A stretch of DNA of 64,000 bases from Desulfosudaceae bacterium (GTDB taxonomy: Bacteria > Desulfobacterota > Desulfobacteria > Desulfobacterales > Desulfosudaceae), in NCBI GenBank assembly GCA_963674745.2, contig CAXXDV010000001.1, positions 928,001-992,000 on the forward strand, given 5' to 3'. Shown in pieces: positions 18,501-26,577 of this stretch (positions are counted from its first letter, which is position 1; every line of letters starts with the position of its first letter). The translations under genes were made by a program, and so were the position numbers. The notes under the pieces are model-generated. The model ran no database searches. It was given only the letters and a program-made list of their open reading frames with translations, and was not told where the DNA came from.

Positions 18501-18666
18501 GGACGCGATACCCTTTACCAGCAGGCTGCAGGTCGATATGGAACTCTGGCACTGGGCGACAACAGGGATGGACTACGCGGTGACCTGCTACTGGTACGCC
18601 TTTGACGGGGCGACATCAAACCGGGTTGCCGAGCCGGATGAAGCCGCCGCCCAGCTTGTTGAGTAG
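15526..18666 (+). CDS. large lipoprotein with MopE-like Cys/Asp repeats and a C-terminal GH172 (DUF2961) domain
   Basis: Lipobox FYG-C; repeated DxDGDGYG...DCND...PGAxExC-DxxDNxCD units; WGEGD and GTGTEDYYG motifs. Confidence 0.85.
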   Translation: MQYLQKTFNLLHYTCLRIAVIICLVALIGFYGCGGGSHSSSSTPGDGDNGSDESPTVQEGVLIDSPVKGLNFKTNSQAGITDDNGTFLYLNGETIEFLLGSLSLGQTIGKLQLSPIDLINSIEGDTNPAVVNICRLLQSLDSDNNLDNGIQIDPQVINQINGLQTAFNFDADFFYDDENVQALFDALNDAGVFANGPRKLKSKAQAITHLRKSLGLDECSPCEGKVSELTLQYNGRSNPRVKIVQEDGEVVFDGAVSPSEQFTIAGRDDKGTLSPWVMVYINNIEQSQVHTSCSVPIGPGLIIGDFEIISGFSRNGGPLCPVAEDDTGDNGDNDIDGDNDQPNTYYLDADGDGYGNPGTYTQAVTAPAGFVSDNTDCNDNDATINPGADEVCGDDIDNNCDNTLDDGCAYYYQDADQDTYGDSTMSVFGSSAPAGYVDDGTDCNDENSNINPGATEICDGLDNDCDGFIDEGCRYYYRDSDGDGYGNPAIVTFARFAPAGYVINDTDCDDTDITAYPGADELCDGKDNNCDGIIDEPAAGTADVTFAGLLEEMVNREGFMLNTAPEYTSAMFSSYDRGSIPEGRDNLDFCQYVRQELIDGRNEWVMFDHEGPGAVVRIWLTAPLYQGTIRIYLNSSDTPVIEGAPDDIVGKQALVGSPLSAERSLGMNLYLPIPYACHCKITYDGNNCFETLDPDDLFYYQINYRTYAAGTTVQSFSMDDLTTYGTEIQNAQDHLSTPSMSVSAPDRTISGTPGIVLDPGETFEQPVSGPGAITRLQISLDSAADVDQALRSTVLAIDFDGVTRVWSPVGDFFGSGPGRYPYVTWWQEVSGDNTMTSRWVMPFQATAVIRFINLGSQQVTVSLKDTAVIDDAWREGYSMYFHATWHSQRNIPVTAFTGSDWNYVTISGKGLYMGDTLTVYNRASVWWGEGDSKIWVDGDTFPSFFGTGTEDYYGYAFCGDGGTYEAPFHAQPRGEGDSDNIGYTTNTRTRSLDAIPFTSRLQVDMELWHWATTGMDYAVTCYWYAFDGATSNRVAEPDEAAAQLVE

Positions 18667-18699
18667 TACCCGGCCAGAGTTTTTCGTGACATATCCGGG

Positions 18700-18788
18700 C
18701 TATCCCCGGGCAGCTTTTATGCCGATCCTTACCTTGTCCTTGTCAATCCATTACTTTTATGTTTTCACCTCCTGGTAAGAACCAGCAT
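18700..18788 (-). pseudogene. csrA: degenerate csrA remnant
   Basis: AGGAGG RBS, then MLVLTRR*, then GENIKVM and IDKDKVRIGIKA in shifted frames. Confidence 0.7.
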
Positions 18789-18811
18789 AATTTTACCCTC
18801 CTTGGTTTTGT

Positions 18812-18847
18812 TGTTAACGTCCACGGTCCCTTATCAACGTGTTAGCA
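18812..18847 (-). other. internally deleted attC (36 bp)
   Basis: TGCTAAC-ACGTT-GATAAGGGACCG-TGGAC-GTTAACA; both R boxes present, stem lost. Confidence 0.55.
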
Positions 18848-18883
18848 CGTTTTTTAGGATTGAGCCGTATGAGATGTATGTCC

Positions 18884-19234
18884 TTAGAAATTTTTCTTAA
18901 CCTTTTTCATTTCATTTTTATGATAAAGGTCAAAGAAAATAACACTATTGTCTGGGATGGTCTGACAATCATCGCATTCCTTTTCCAAACGACGGTTCTC
19001 CTTCCGACATAGTTTACACCAATAATAAATGACCCGGTATTCACGTTTGCCGACATATTTCTTAAAGCGCCCATGATAAAGCCCGTGCATTTTCCCATCC
19101 GCATCGTCCGGTTCAGCAATTAGACGATCCACAACCTGTCGGATGCGTTTGTAACCAGAAGGATCAGACTGCTTTACTTTTTCCAGTTTTTGGGAAAAAT
19201 GCTCAGTCGGTCTATACAAATTGTCTCCGTTCAT
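18884..19234 (-). CDS. RelE/ParE-like protein with a CxxC...CxxC insert
   Basis: F.xKL helix, L..EP and VGKREYRVIY RelE-type pattern; CKLC and CDDC. Confidence 0.6.
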   Translation of the reverse strand: MNGDNLYRPTEHFSQKLEKVKQSDPSGYKRIRQVVDRLIAEPDDADGKMHGLYHGRFKKYVGKREYRVIYYWCKLCRKENRRLEKECDDCQTIPDNSVIFFDLYHKNEMKKVKKNF

Positions 19235-19249
19235 TGACTGTCATCCTTA

Positions 19250-19298
19250 ATGCAACAAAGAGAAGGTGCCGGCTGGCCTTTGCGCGGCCTTGTTAGCG
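19250..19298 (-). other. degenerate attC
   Basis: CGCTAAC-AAGGC-CGCGCAAAGGCCAGCC after the GNAT stop; second arm mostly lost. Confidence 0.55.
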
Positions 19299-19303
19299 AT
19301 TTG

Positions 19304-19840
19304 CTACTCTCGCCAGTGTTCCGGTTTATCCAACATATGTGCGCACTTAACTTTACCAGATACGCTACCTATAATTCCTGAACGTAGTTCTTGCACCATC
19401 CATGCATTAGCGTGCTCTTCTGGGATTAGATAAGGCGCTTCAAATCCTTGCACACCAGCCGGTTTAAAACCATAACGGGGATAATAGTCAGGATGCCCAA
19501 GCACGAAGACTAAATCAATACCAGCAGCGGTTAAGAGCTTTATGCCATGTGCTATAAGCTTACCTCCTACACCTTGTTTTTGATAATCAGGGAGCACCGC
19601 TAAAGGGGCTAATAGCGATATGGATGTACCTTTTTGTGTGCCTTCCAGACATGCTGATGTGAACAGAATATGCCCAATTGCTTTATTATTATCAAACGCA
19701 AGGATAGAAAAGAATGGTTGAGCGCTTGGGTCACTCAATAAATCATTTACAAGATTTGCCTCTTTATCGTATCCAAATGCCTCTTTCTCAACTAAAAGTA
19801 CGTCACTAACTTCTGTGTCTTTTGCTTCTCGAATTATCAT
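19304..19840 (-). CDS. GNAT N-acetyltransferase (YhbS-like)
   Basis: LAPLAVLPDYQKQGVGGKLI and VLGHPDYYPRYGF. Confidence 0.92.
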   Translation of the reverse strand: MIIREAKDTEVSDVLLVEKEAFGYDKEANLVNDLLSDPSAQPFFSILAFDNNKAIGHILFTSACLEGTQKGTSISLLAPLAVLPDYQKQGVGGKLIAHGIKLLTAAGIDLVFVLGHPDYYPRYGFKPAGVQGFEAPYLIPEEHANAWMVQELRSGIIGSVSGKVKCAHMLDKPEHWRE

Positions 19841-19862
19841 TGTTTCTCCGATTCCGGTTTAT

Positions 19863-19991
19863 CGCTAACGAAAAGTTCACTTTGCTGCCAAAAGCGCCGT
19901 CTGGTTCTCTCAGGAAACCGAAGAATATTAAGAGAGACAGGCCTGAAAAAGCCGCGCTTTTTGCAGTCAAATGTGGAACAATTTGTAAGTG
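19863..19991 (-). other. attC site (129 bp; R'' variant CACTTAC)
   Basis: GTTCCACATTTGACTGCAAAAAGCG / CGCTTTTGGCAGCAAAGTGAAC stem; R' GTTAGCG. Confidence 0.8.
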
Positions 19992-20057
19992 CTTCCATAG
20001 TTATATTTGATATTTTTATATGAATATGGCTTTAAAAAATACCAAATTAAACAATAT

Positions 20058-20465
20058 TCATTTACCTGTTTCGATTGTGGCTACTAAACGGGAATCTTTT
20101 AAAGCTGCTGATCTATGGATAACTATTTCTTGATAAGACACGCTCTCGATCATTTCAATGAATTTTTCGATAGACGGATAACGGACAAGAAAGATTTGAT
20201 CCCAATGTTCATCCGGAGGACCTATAATTGAAGCCAGGGCTTCTCCATACCACACAAGCTCTGCACCCACCTTTGTTAAATGCGCTAATGCTTTTTCACT
20301 ATATTTAGCGTATGCAGCTTTGCCTGAAATATTCGTGTTTCCATCAGGGTATTTTGCAGTTTCTCTATATCTCAGCATGTTAAGCATTATTACTGGAACG
20401 CCTTTTGGAATTTCTGCAATTGCTTCTTGAATCTGATTTTGTCTTGGATCAATTGTTCCCATCAT
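20058..20465 (-). CDS. DUF1330 family protein
   Basis: MLNMLRYRE, WDQIFLVRYPS and HRSAALKDSRL motifs; start at MMGTIDP because the longer ORF runs through the attC. Confidence 0.85.
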   Translation of the reverse strand: MMGTIDPRQNQIQEAIAEIPKGVPVIMLNMLRYRETAKYPDGNTNISGKAAYAKYSEKALAHLTKVGAELVWYGEALASIIGPPDEHWDQIFLVRYPSIEKFIEMIESVSYQEIVIHRSAALKDSRLVATIETGK

Positions 20466-20513
20466 ATTTATTTCCAAAATTTTGTTAACTATAAGTAGAA
20501 TTATTGAACTTAT

Positions 20514-20599
20514 GCAGTACCGCCCACGATGAGGGGCCGGAAAAGCAAGAGAGGAACGAACGCCGCTTTTTCCGGTCACTCTCAATTGTGAAGTTCGGC
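20514..20599 (-). other. attC site (86 bp; R' variant GTACTGC)
   Basis: GCCGAAC...GAGTGACCGGAAAAAGC / GCTTTTCCGGCCCCTC stem. Confidence 0.75.
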
Positions 20600-21043
20600 A
20601 TTTTCATTTTTAATGTATTCCATAATGATGGCATAAAAAAACCAGTGAATACCACAAGTGTCAATCAAATAGAAAAAAATAGCTATTACACCGTAAATGA
20701 TTGAAGAAGGAACGAATAGAGATCCTAAGAAAATGGGTGTTCCCCCAAACATTGGCAATCCTGATACAAACCGGTATTCATCCAAATTCCCATGCTTCTT
20801 GTTATATAACCACGGCCTGGTAAAAGATAAATGAAAATTAAGTCCCGATACGAAGAAGCCCAAAATGGATAATATGGAACCAAGGATCATAACCCATGAA
20901 ACTTCAATCGGAGTTGATGAGGAAAGAATATGCTTATAGATGATAATCGCCGGGAAGACGACGCCACATAAACCTAAAATTAGGAGAGTAAAAAAATCCC
21001 CTAATTTATTGCTTGTCGTTTTTATTGGTATATGATCTGCCAT
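20582..21043 (-). CDS. hypothetical membrane protein (about 4 TM segments)
   Basis: Hydrophobic segments; stop lies inside the attC; bounded by GTTCGGC/GCCGAAC. Confidence 0.8.
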   Translation of the reverse strand: MADHIPIKTTSNKLGDFFTLLILGLCGVVFPAIIIYKHILSSSTPIEVSWVMILGSILSILGFFVSGLNFHLSFTRPWLYNKKHGNLDEYRFVSGLPMFGGTPIFLGSLFVPSSIIYGVIAIFFYLIDTCGIHWFFYAIIMEYIKNENAELHN

Positions 21044-21052
21044 GATTTGACT

Positions 21053-21105
21053 GCCGAACGCCGCGGATGACAGGTGGGCTTCTGACGATCAAGCTTGGGT
21101 TGCAA
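21053..21105 (-). other. half attC (L'-R' side), remnant of a deleted cassette
   Basis: R' GTTCGGC with a spacer and L-like arm, directly abutting the next attC with no gene between. Confidence 0.5.
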
Positions 21106-21109
21106 AAAA

Positions 21110-21234
21110 TATGAACGTCCGCCACCAATGGCAGCCAGGGCTTCCACTGACTTGTTTAAAGGTTTCGGTTGTTCAGTACCCCCGATTTTTCAAAACCCGA
21201 GTGTCCTGGCTGTCCACTTGAGCTTGATTTCTAC
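21110..21234 (-). other. attC site (125 bp; R'' variant GTAGAAA)
   Basis: CAGCCAGGAC / GCCCTGGCTG stem; related in sequence to the attC at 29683. Confidence 0.75.
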
Positions 21235-21788
21235 GATTTTTTCTTTCCTTTGACTGGTTCTATAAAGCCAATTGATTGATTCTTTCCCTTTGGCTTTGGG
21301 CTATCTATAAGTTTTCTTATTTCATGAACCAATTCAATTAAAATTTCGTCATGGTCGCTTACGCGTTTTTCTAATTCAATGAATTTACGTGATAATTTTT
21401 CGTTTTTCAACGCCATTTCTCGGAGCTTGATAAAAGTCCTGACGATAAATACACTCATTTTGTTCGCTTGGGATGAGTTTAGAACATTTGCCGCCTGTAA
21501 AGCTCCGTGTTCAGTAAAAACTAATGGGAGTTTCCGTCGGCCGCCCCAAGTGGAACTTGATGTCGCAAATTGCGATTTCAAGTTTTCGAATTCTTCCTTG
21601 GTTAATTGGAACATAAAATCGCCCGGAAATTTATCAATGTTGCGACGAACTTGCTCGTTTAGGCGTCTGGTCTCTACGCCATATAGTGTCGCTAAATCGG
21701 AATCAAGTATAACTTTTTCTCCCCGTACGATTATAATAATATTCAATATTTTTTCTTCGGGAATAAGACTTCCAGATTTCCTTGGCAT
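21231..21788 (-). CDS. ORF6N domain DNA-binding protein
   Basis: VILDSDLATLYGVET, FPGDFMFQLT and GGRRKLPLVFTEHGA. Confidence 0.92.
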   Translation of the reverse strand: MPRKSGSLIPEEKILNIIIIVRGEKVILDSDLATLYGVETRRLNEQVRRNIDKFPGDFMFQLTKEEFENLKSQFATSSSTWGGRRKLPLVFTEHGALQAANVLNSSQANKMSVFIVRTFIKLREMALKNEKLSRKFIELEKRVSDHDEILIELVHEIRKLIDSPKPKGKNQSIGFIEPVKGKKKS

Positions 21789-21813
21789 AATTTATGTCCT
21801 CAAATTATTTATC

Positions 21814-21877
21814 GTAGAACGCTATGGATCACAGGCCGCGAGGCACGAACGGTCCTTCGTGAAGCCGTTCGTTAGCC
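21814..21877 (-). other. attC site (64 bp)
   Basis: GGCTAAC...TCACGAAGGACCG / CGGCCTGTGA...GTTCTAC. Confidence 0.8.
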
Positions 21878-21898
21878 GCGCCATTATCTTTATCTGTT

Positions 21899-23760
21899 TT
21901 ACGAAATAATCAGATCAACGCTTTCTTTTACTGATCGATATTGTGGCTCTATGCCTGCTTTGTTTAACACCTCTTGCGCTTCAGGCGGAAGCTGGCGGGT
22001 ATCTTCAAAAAGGTGATTGTCATAAAGCTGATTGCTTTTGTCCCGCCAGAAAAATCGATATCGACCCTGGTCAAAGTCCCGGTACGATAATTGATTCGAC
22101 CAGTTGTTGTAGATTTTGGTATTGGTTGACATCACAAGAGCGACCCATGCTCGGGAGAGTCGATTCCACCAAACCGATGACGGCATATTAATGGATACGT
22201 TGTTGTAAATTTCCGCCTTGTCGACAAAAACATCCAAATATATACCGGCGTTACTTGGATTTATGCCGACGCCGTCAATATAGTTGTGGTGAATTTTAGT
22301 GAAACCCGCATTGGCGCATGAGACATACAGCGCGCCGAAATCCGTCAACCCCGATTGGCCGACTTCACTGGTTTTATTCCATGCGTACTCGATATTCCCG
22401 GCGTGCCCTCTCCAGCCAAGATAACGCCAACTGTTACGGATCGCCTGAATCGGCGTGTGCCTGATTTCATTGTTGATAAAACGGAAATTGCGGGTGAATT
22501 CAGAATAACTGACCCCTGGAGAAGGGGCGTCGATACCGGTCACCCGGATATAATTATTCTTGATTTCAACCCCGTCAAAGAACTTGTCTTGATTTTCCGG
22601 CAAGACACCTTTTTTGCTCTGATTGCTCACCACAAGATTTGTCTGGTTCAAGGAGATGGCCGATCGTGAAATATCCCCGAAACCGTTCCCGATTATTTGA
22701 ATCCCGGTGCCCTGGATATCAAAGTGGACCGCGTCATACCCCATATGAAAGAAAAAGTTGTCTTGAAGGAGAATGTTGCGGCCCGCATTGACTTGAATGG
22801 CGCTTTCCGGTTTGGGCGTAACCGCCCTGGTCGGCTCCGTGGGAAAACCGGCGGTCACCCCCATTTTCGTCCCTTTGCTGTATTGAAAACAAAGCCCCTG
22901 GATAGCGATATTTTGAACGGGCCGGGTCATGGTTCCATCCAAGAGAAAAAAGTTTTCAAATCCGAATAAATGAGGACCGAATTTTGGTTAAAACCGGCTT
23001 CCCTGTCCGGCTTGAAGTAAACCACAGACCCTGCTTTATCGAGATACCATTCCCCTTCCCCGGTAAGCAGTTCATAGGCGTTTTCTATGGCATAATCGGC
23101 TGTCCATATCTCAATTCCATTTAACAGCCCGAATAAGCTAAAGGGCTCCATCACCCCTAGTGCGGTTGTCGGCACCAGATAGGTATCGAGTTCTTCGGGA
23201 TCCAGTTGAATCTCATTAGCGGTGATTTTATGGATCCTGGCAGGAATCTGACGCCACATCATTTTTTTGGTAACGATTATTTCATTCAGATTCTGCCAGT
23301 TTTTGATATCCGGCGCATCCTTTGTCAGCTTCAGCCCCTTGCGGCTGTTTTTAAATCCCGGAGGATTCCAGCCGGACCAGGCTCTTGTCAAGCGCCGGTT
23401 TCCGAACCACAGGTGCTCAAAATCGCTGTTCAGAGGAACGGATGCTTTCCAGATATTTTTGGTCTTGTCGTGGATTTCCCAATTCGTTATATACTTTTCC
23501 CCTGTCAAAACAGGTTTCGCGTTTTCCGCGCTCTGCCAACGCACCCAAAATCCATTCTGACCGGAATCTTCAACCTGAATCCGGATTGGTTCGTTTAAAT
23601 AATAACACCCATCCTCAAAATAAATATTTATATCTGAAGTCATGCTTCTGCCGGCCGTTTTAATAAGATCAGTGACCTTTTCAAGAGAACATGGATTGCC
23701 TCTCTTTCCATCCCCTTCCCCATTGGGCGAAACATAAAAATTATTCATCGTTTTTCTCAT
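21899..23760 (-). pseudogene. right-handed beta-helix (GH141/pectin-lyase-like) gene split by a frameshift into 22927-23760 and 21899-22942
   Basis: FYVSPNG...G.P, ENAYELL..EGEWYLD, then PVQNIAIQGL.FQY and DFGALY...GIYLD; the frame changes at a T6 tract near 22950. Confidence 0.8.
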
Positions 23761-23765
23761 TTGTC

Positions 23766-23825
23766 GGCTAACGGCGCTAATAAGTCGCGCGGCTGTAAAC
23801 GGTACGGTTCAGGGCTTTGTTGGCA
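23766..23825 (-). other. chimeric/non-pairing attC (60 bp)
   Basis: R'' TGCCAAC and R' GTTAGCC are intact but the inner arms are not complementary. Confidence 0.65.
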
Positions 23826-23857
23826 TCTCATGTAAATATTGCGGATGTAGGAGCTCA

Positions 23858-25327
23858 TCACTCTTTCCCTAGCGATACCAGTTCAATCGTCTCGGCATAC
23901 GATCGTTTGAGAATTTCGTCACCTGCCGTGGCTAGCTCGGCCCAACCTTCGTCCGCAATTCTGCCCATGTGTTCAAGCTGCAGTTGGGAACGATCGAAGA
24001 GCCAGTACTTCAGTGATGGCAAGAGGTAGCGAACCAGTGCCAACCATTCCGGGTAATTGATGGCAAGGGGGTTCCCTTGATACAAGGCCACCTTGCCCGC
24101 GTTTCCGGCACAAGCAACGGCGTGTGCGGAAAGAAGCATGGACCTGTACTTCGGGTTCTTGGCCAGAAGGAACGGGACTTCACCGTTCTCAGCGTAGTGC
24201 CGGATCATGAGATAGCCTCTCAGAATGATCTCAATGACCGCTGGCGTGATACCCATCACAAGGAAGTGCCGGAAATCGTAACCGTTCGTGTACATCCATC
24301 TGGCCACCTGCCCTACCGTCCGTCCTCCTTTCCCAAGATTACCTGTGTTGATGCCCTGAAAAAGGGTGAAGAATGGAGGAGGAATGCCCGGAGGCGTCGC
24401 GACATCAGAAATCAGATGGCCCATTTGTTTCAGAATCGCTGTGATCAGACCCACCGGCTCTAGGTTGGTCCAGACTTGGCCCTGTGCGAGTTCATGAACG
24501 CCAGAAAGCTTTTCGTACGAAAACCCCGTAATCGTACCTCTCATGATGTCGAGCACCCCGAAGATGAAGCCAAGGACGGGATCATGTCCCAAAGTCTGGA
24601 ACCTGTGGGTCGTCCCCCCTGCACCCTTCAGCCTTTCCAGTCTTCCAGCCTTTTCGAAGACCGTTCCGTCGTAAGGAACTCTGCATTTCGACTCCAGACT
24701 GCGCGCCCATCTGGCGAACCAATCCTGTCGTCCGCCCTGCTTCCGGGAATCGTACTTCTTCAGCCATTCCGTAATAGGGCTCGCCTGCTGCCCCGAATAC
24801 TGTCCCGTGTTGAAGCTGCGAGGGATCTTCACCAAAAGGAAATCAGTCAGACTCGCCAGCACCCCGGCAGTGCCGACAAACGAGTAGTCCCACTTGTCCC
24901 ACAGGTACTGTGTCCCGTACTCCTCCTGCTTCAGGCGCTCAAGATCGTCATTGCACAAGAACGCTTCCCAAGGCAGGGAACAGTCCAAATCGTGCTCTGC
25001 GCAATATGCTACACTGTCACGGACGAACTGGTCCCAATCGACAAAGGCTAGGACAGAGGTTTCCCGTGCGACAGCCTCGCGCCGTCGCTGATAGATGGTT
25101 TCGATTTCCCCTGGATCCCAATCCGCCATGTCGGCGGCGCAAAGGAGCCCGCTCTCCTGCTCGATGTCGTCCATGAGGCCTGACAACACTTGAAGCTGGT
25201 CAGCCTGTCCGTTCGCTTCTCCGAGCGCCGGAGCCAAAGCGTCCAGTCGTCCGCTCGCCTGATCGAGCACATGCCGCTGACCTTGGAGTACGGCCCGTAA
25301 CGAATGGAGATCCGACGCGGTCGTCAT
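23858..25327 (-). CDS. hypothetical protein with N-terminal coiled coil and hydrophobic segments
   Basis: 489-aa ORF overlapping the upstream gene by ATGA; PYD, HRFQTLGHDP and HLISDVAT motifs. Confidence 0.85.
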   Translation of the reverse strand: MTTASDLHSLRAVLQGQRHVLDQASGRLDALAPALGEANGQADQLQVLSGLMDDIEQESGLLCAADMADWDPGEIETIYQRRREAVARETSVLAFVDWDQFVRDSVAYCAEHDLDCSLPWEAFLCNDDLERLKQEEYGTQYLWDKWDYSFVGTAGVLASLTDFLLVKIPRSFNTGQYSGQQASPITEWLKKYDSRKQGGRQDWFARWARSLESKCRVPYDGTVFEKAGRLERLKGAGGTTHRFQTLGHDPVLGFIFGVLDIMRGTITGFSYEKLSGVHELAQGQVWTNLEPVGLITAILKQMGHLISDVATPPGIPPPFFTLFQGINTGNLGKGGRTVGQVARWMYTNGYDFRHFLVMGITPAVIEIILRGYLMIRHYAENGEVPFLLAKNPKYRSMLLSAHAVACAGNAGKVALYQGNPLAINYPEWLALVRYLLPSLKYWLFDRSQLQLEHMGRIADEGWAELATAGDEILKRSYAETIELVSLGKE

Positions 25328-26196
25328 GCAACAGCCCTCGCTTCCCTTTGACGCAGCACCTGTTTGAGGGAGGTGAGTCGCTCCGTCAGAATTGCGATCG
25401 CCGTTCGGTTGGCTTCGGACTTCGCCGCCTCTGCTTCCAGCGATTCAATTCTGTCGATTATTTGGGCAATGGCTTCCTGAAGGTTCTTGATGACTAGTTG
25501 GGCCTTCCGCTCCTGCGCTGCGCGAAGCTTCTCTTCCTTGACCTTCCTACTGTCCCCGAGAAGCCACGTTGTGCCCAGAAACACAGCTGTTCCGAGCACT
25601 ACCGCGACTCCAATACCAGGCACCATGCCAAACCCCAAACCGAGAGCGGCAAGACCCCCGGTAATGCCCGCTGCGCTCAGACCGATGATGGTACCGCTGA
25701 AGTACACTGCGGCAATGGGCACTCCCACCGCGCCGAGTCCTGCTGCCGCGGCCTTGATGGCCTTCTCCGCGGCATTGTTGTCAAGTCCCTCGCGAGCAAC
25801 GCGGCGAGCCTCCTTCACAAAATTGATGATCGCCTTCCGCTGGTCTTCGGTGACCCGCAGTCGTGTGCACACGGATGAGAGGAAATCCTTCTCCTCTTCT
25901 TCCATAATGTCGTCAGCCAATATGGTCTCCACCACGGCTACGATCACGGCATATCGCAGTTCGTCACGTGCGTTAACCAGTTGGTCCAGACAAGAATCGA
26001 GATTAGGTGGCGTCAGTACAAACCCTTGAACCTGCTTGCGATGGGCTTCGTCCAGCGCCTCGAGGTCGAGCGAGCCGAAAATCGCTACCATCTCTTCCCT
26101 GGAGGCGTTTCCATCGGCGGCCGATGCAGCGAAACTCAAGCCGTAGAAGGCTATCAACTGGTCCTGCGGGATTGTGCTCATGTCGAACTTGGCCAT
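25324..26196 (-). CDS. TerB-like domain protein with Gly-rich TM region and coiled coil
   Basis: AADGNASREE and LADDIMEEEE paired TerB motifs; GLSAAGITGGLAALG; AAGGA RBS. Confidence 0.8.
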   Translation of the reverse strand: MAKFDMSTIPQDQLIAFYGLSFAASAADGNASREEMVAIFGSLDLEALDEAHRKQVQGFVLTPPNLDSCLDQLVNARDELRYAVIVAVVETILADDIMEEEEKDFLSSVCTRLRVTEDQRKAIINFVKEARRVAREGLDNNAAEKAIKAAAAGLGAVGVPIAAVYFSGTIIGLSAAGITGGLAALGLGFGMVPGIGVAVVLGTAVFLGTTWLLGDSRKVKEEKLRAAQERKAQLVIKNLQEAIAQIIDRIESLEAEAAKSEANRTAIAILTERLTSLKQVLRQREARAVA

Positions 26197-26240
26197 TGCG
26201 GTGTTCCTTTCTCATGGGTTGATTCGTCAATCTTGTCTAA

Positions 26241-26345
26241 TGCCAACATCCACGGTGTGGGGCCGCAAGGGGAACGTGCCACCGCAAAAAACTCATTATT
26301 GGAAAAAAGTGGTAAGAGCCAAAGCCGGACGTCCCTTGCGGTCCC
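26241..26345 (-). other. attC lacking its R''-L'' end
   Basis: GGGACCGCAAGGG / CCCTTGCGGCCC stem and R' GTTGGCA, fused directly to a gene fragment. Confidence 0.7.
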
Positions 26346-26572
26346 TGCCAACGCACCAAAAATCCATTCTGACCGGAGTCTTCACCCTGAATCCGGATTG
26401 GTTTATTTAAATAATAACACCCATCCCCAAAATAAATATTTATATCAGAAGTCATGCTTCTGCCGGCCGTTTTAATAAGATCAGTGACCCTCTCAAGAGA
26501 ACAGGGATTGCCTTTCTTTCCATCCCCTTCCCCATTGGGCGAAACATAAAAATTATTCATCGTTTTTCTCAT
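26345..26572 (-). pseudogene. truncated duplicate of the 5' end of the beta-helix gene
   Basis: 26345-26584 aligns without gaps to 23533-23772; both start MRKTMNNFYVSPNGEGDGK. Confidence 0.9.
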
Positions 26573-26577
26573 TTATC

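Noticed and set aside
18765..18788. Selenocysteine read-through of the TGA in the csrA remnant
   Set aside because: Downstream similarity lies in other frames with deletions, so read-through would not restore the protein
26237..26572. 111-aa ORF as a functional gene
   Set aside because: It is the truncated beta-helix duplicate reading through attC sequence
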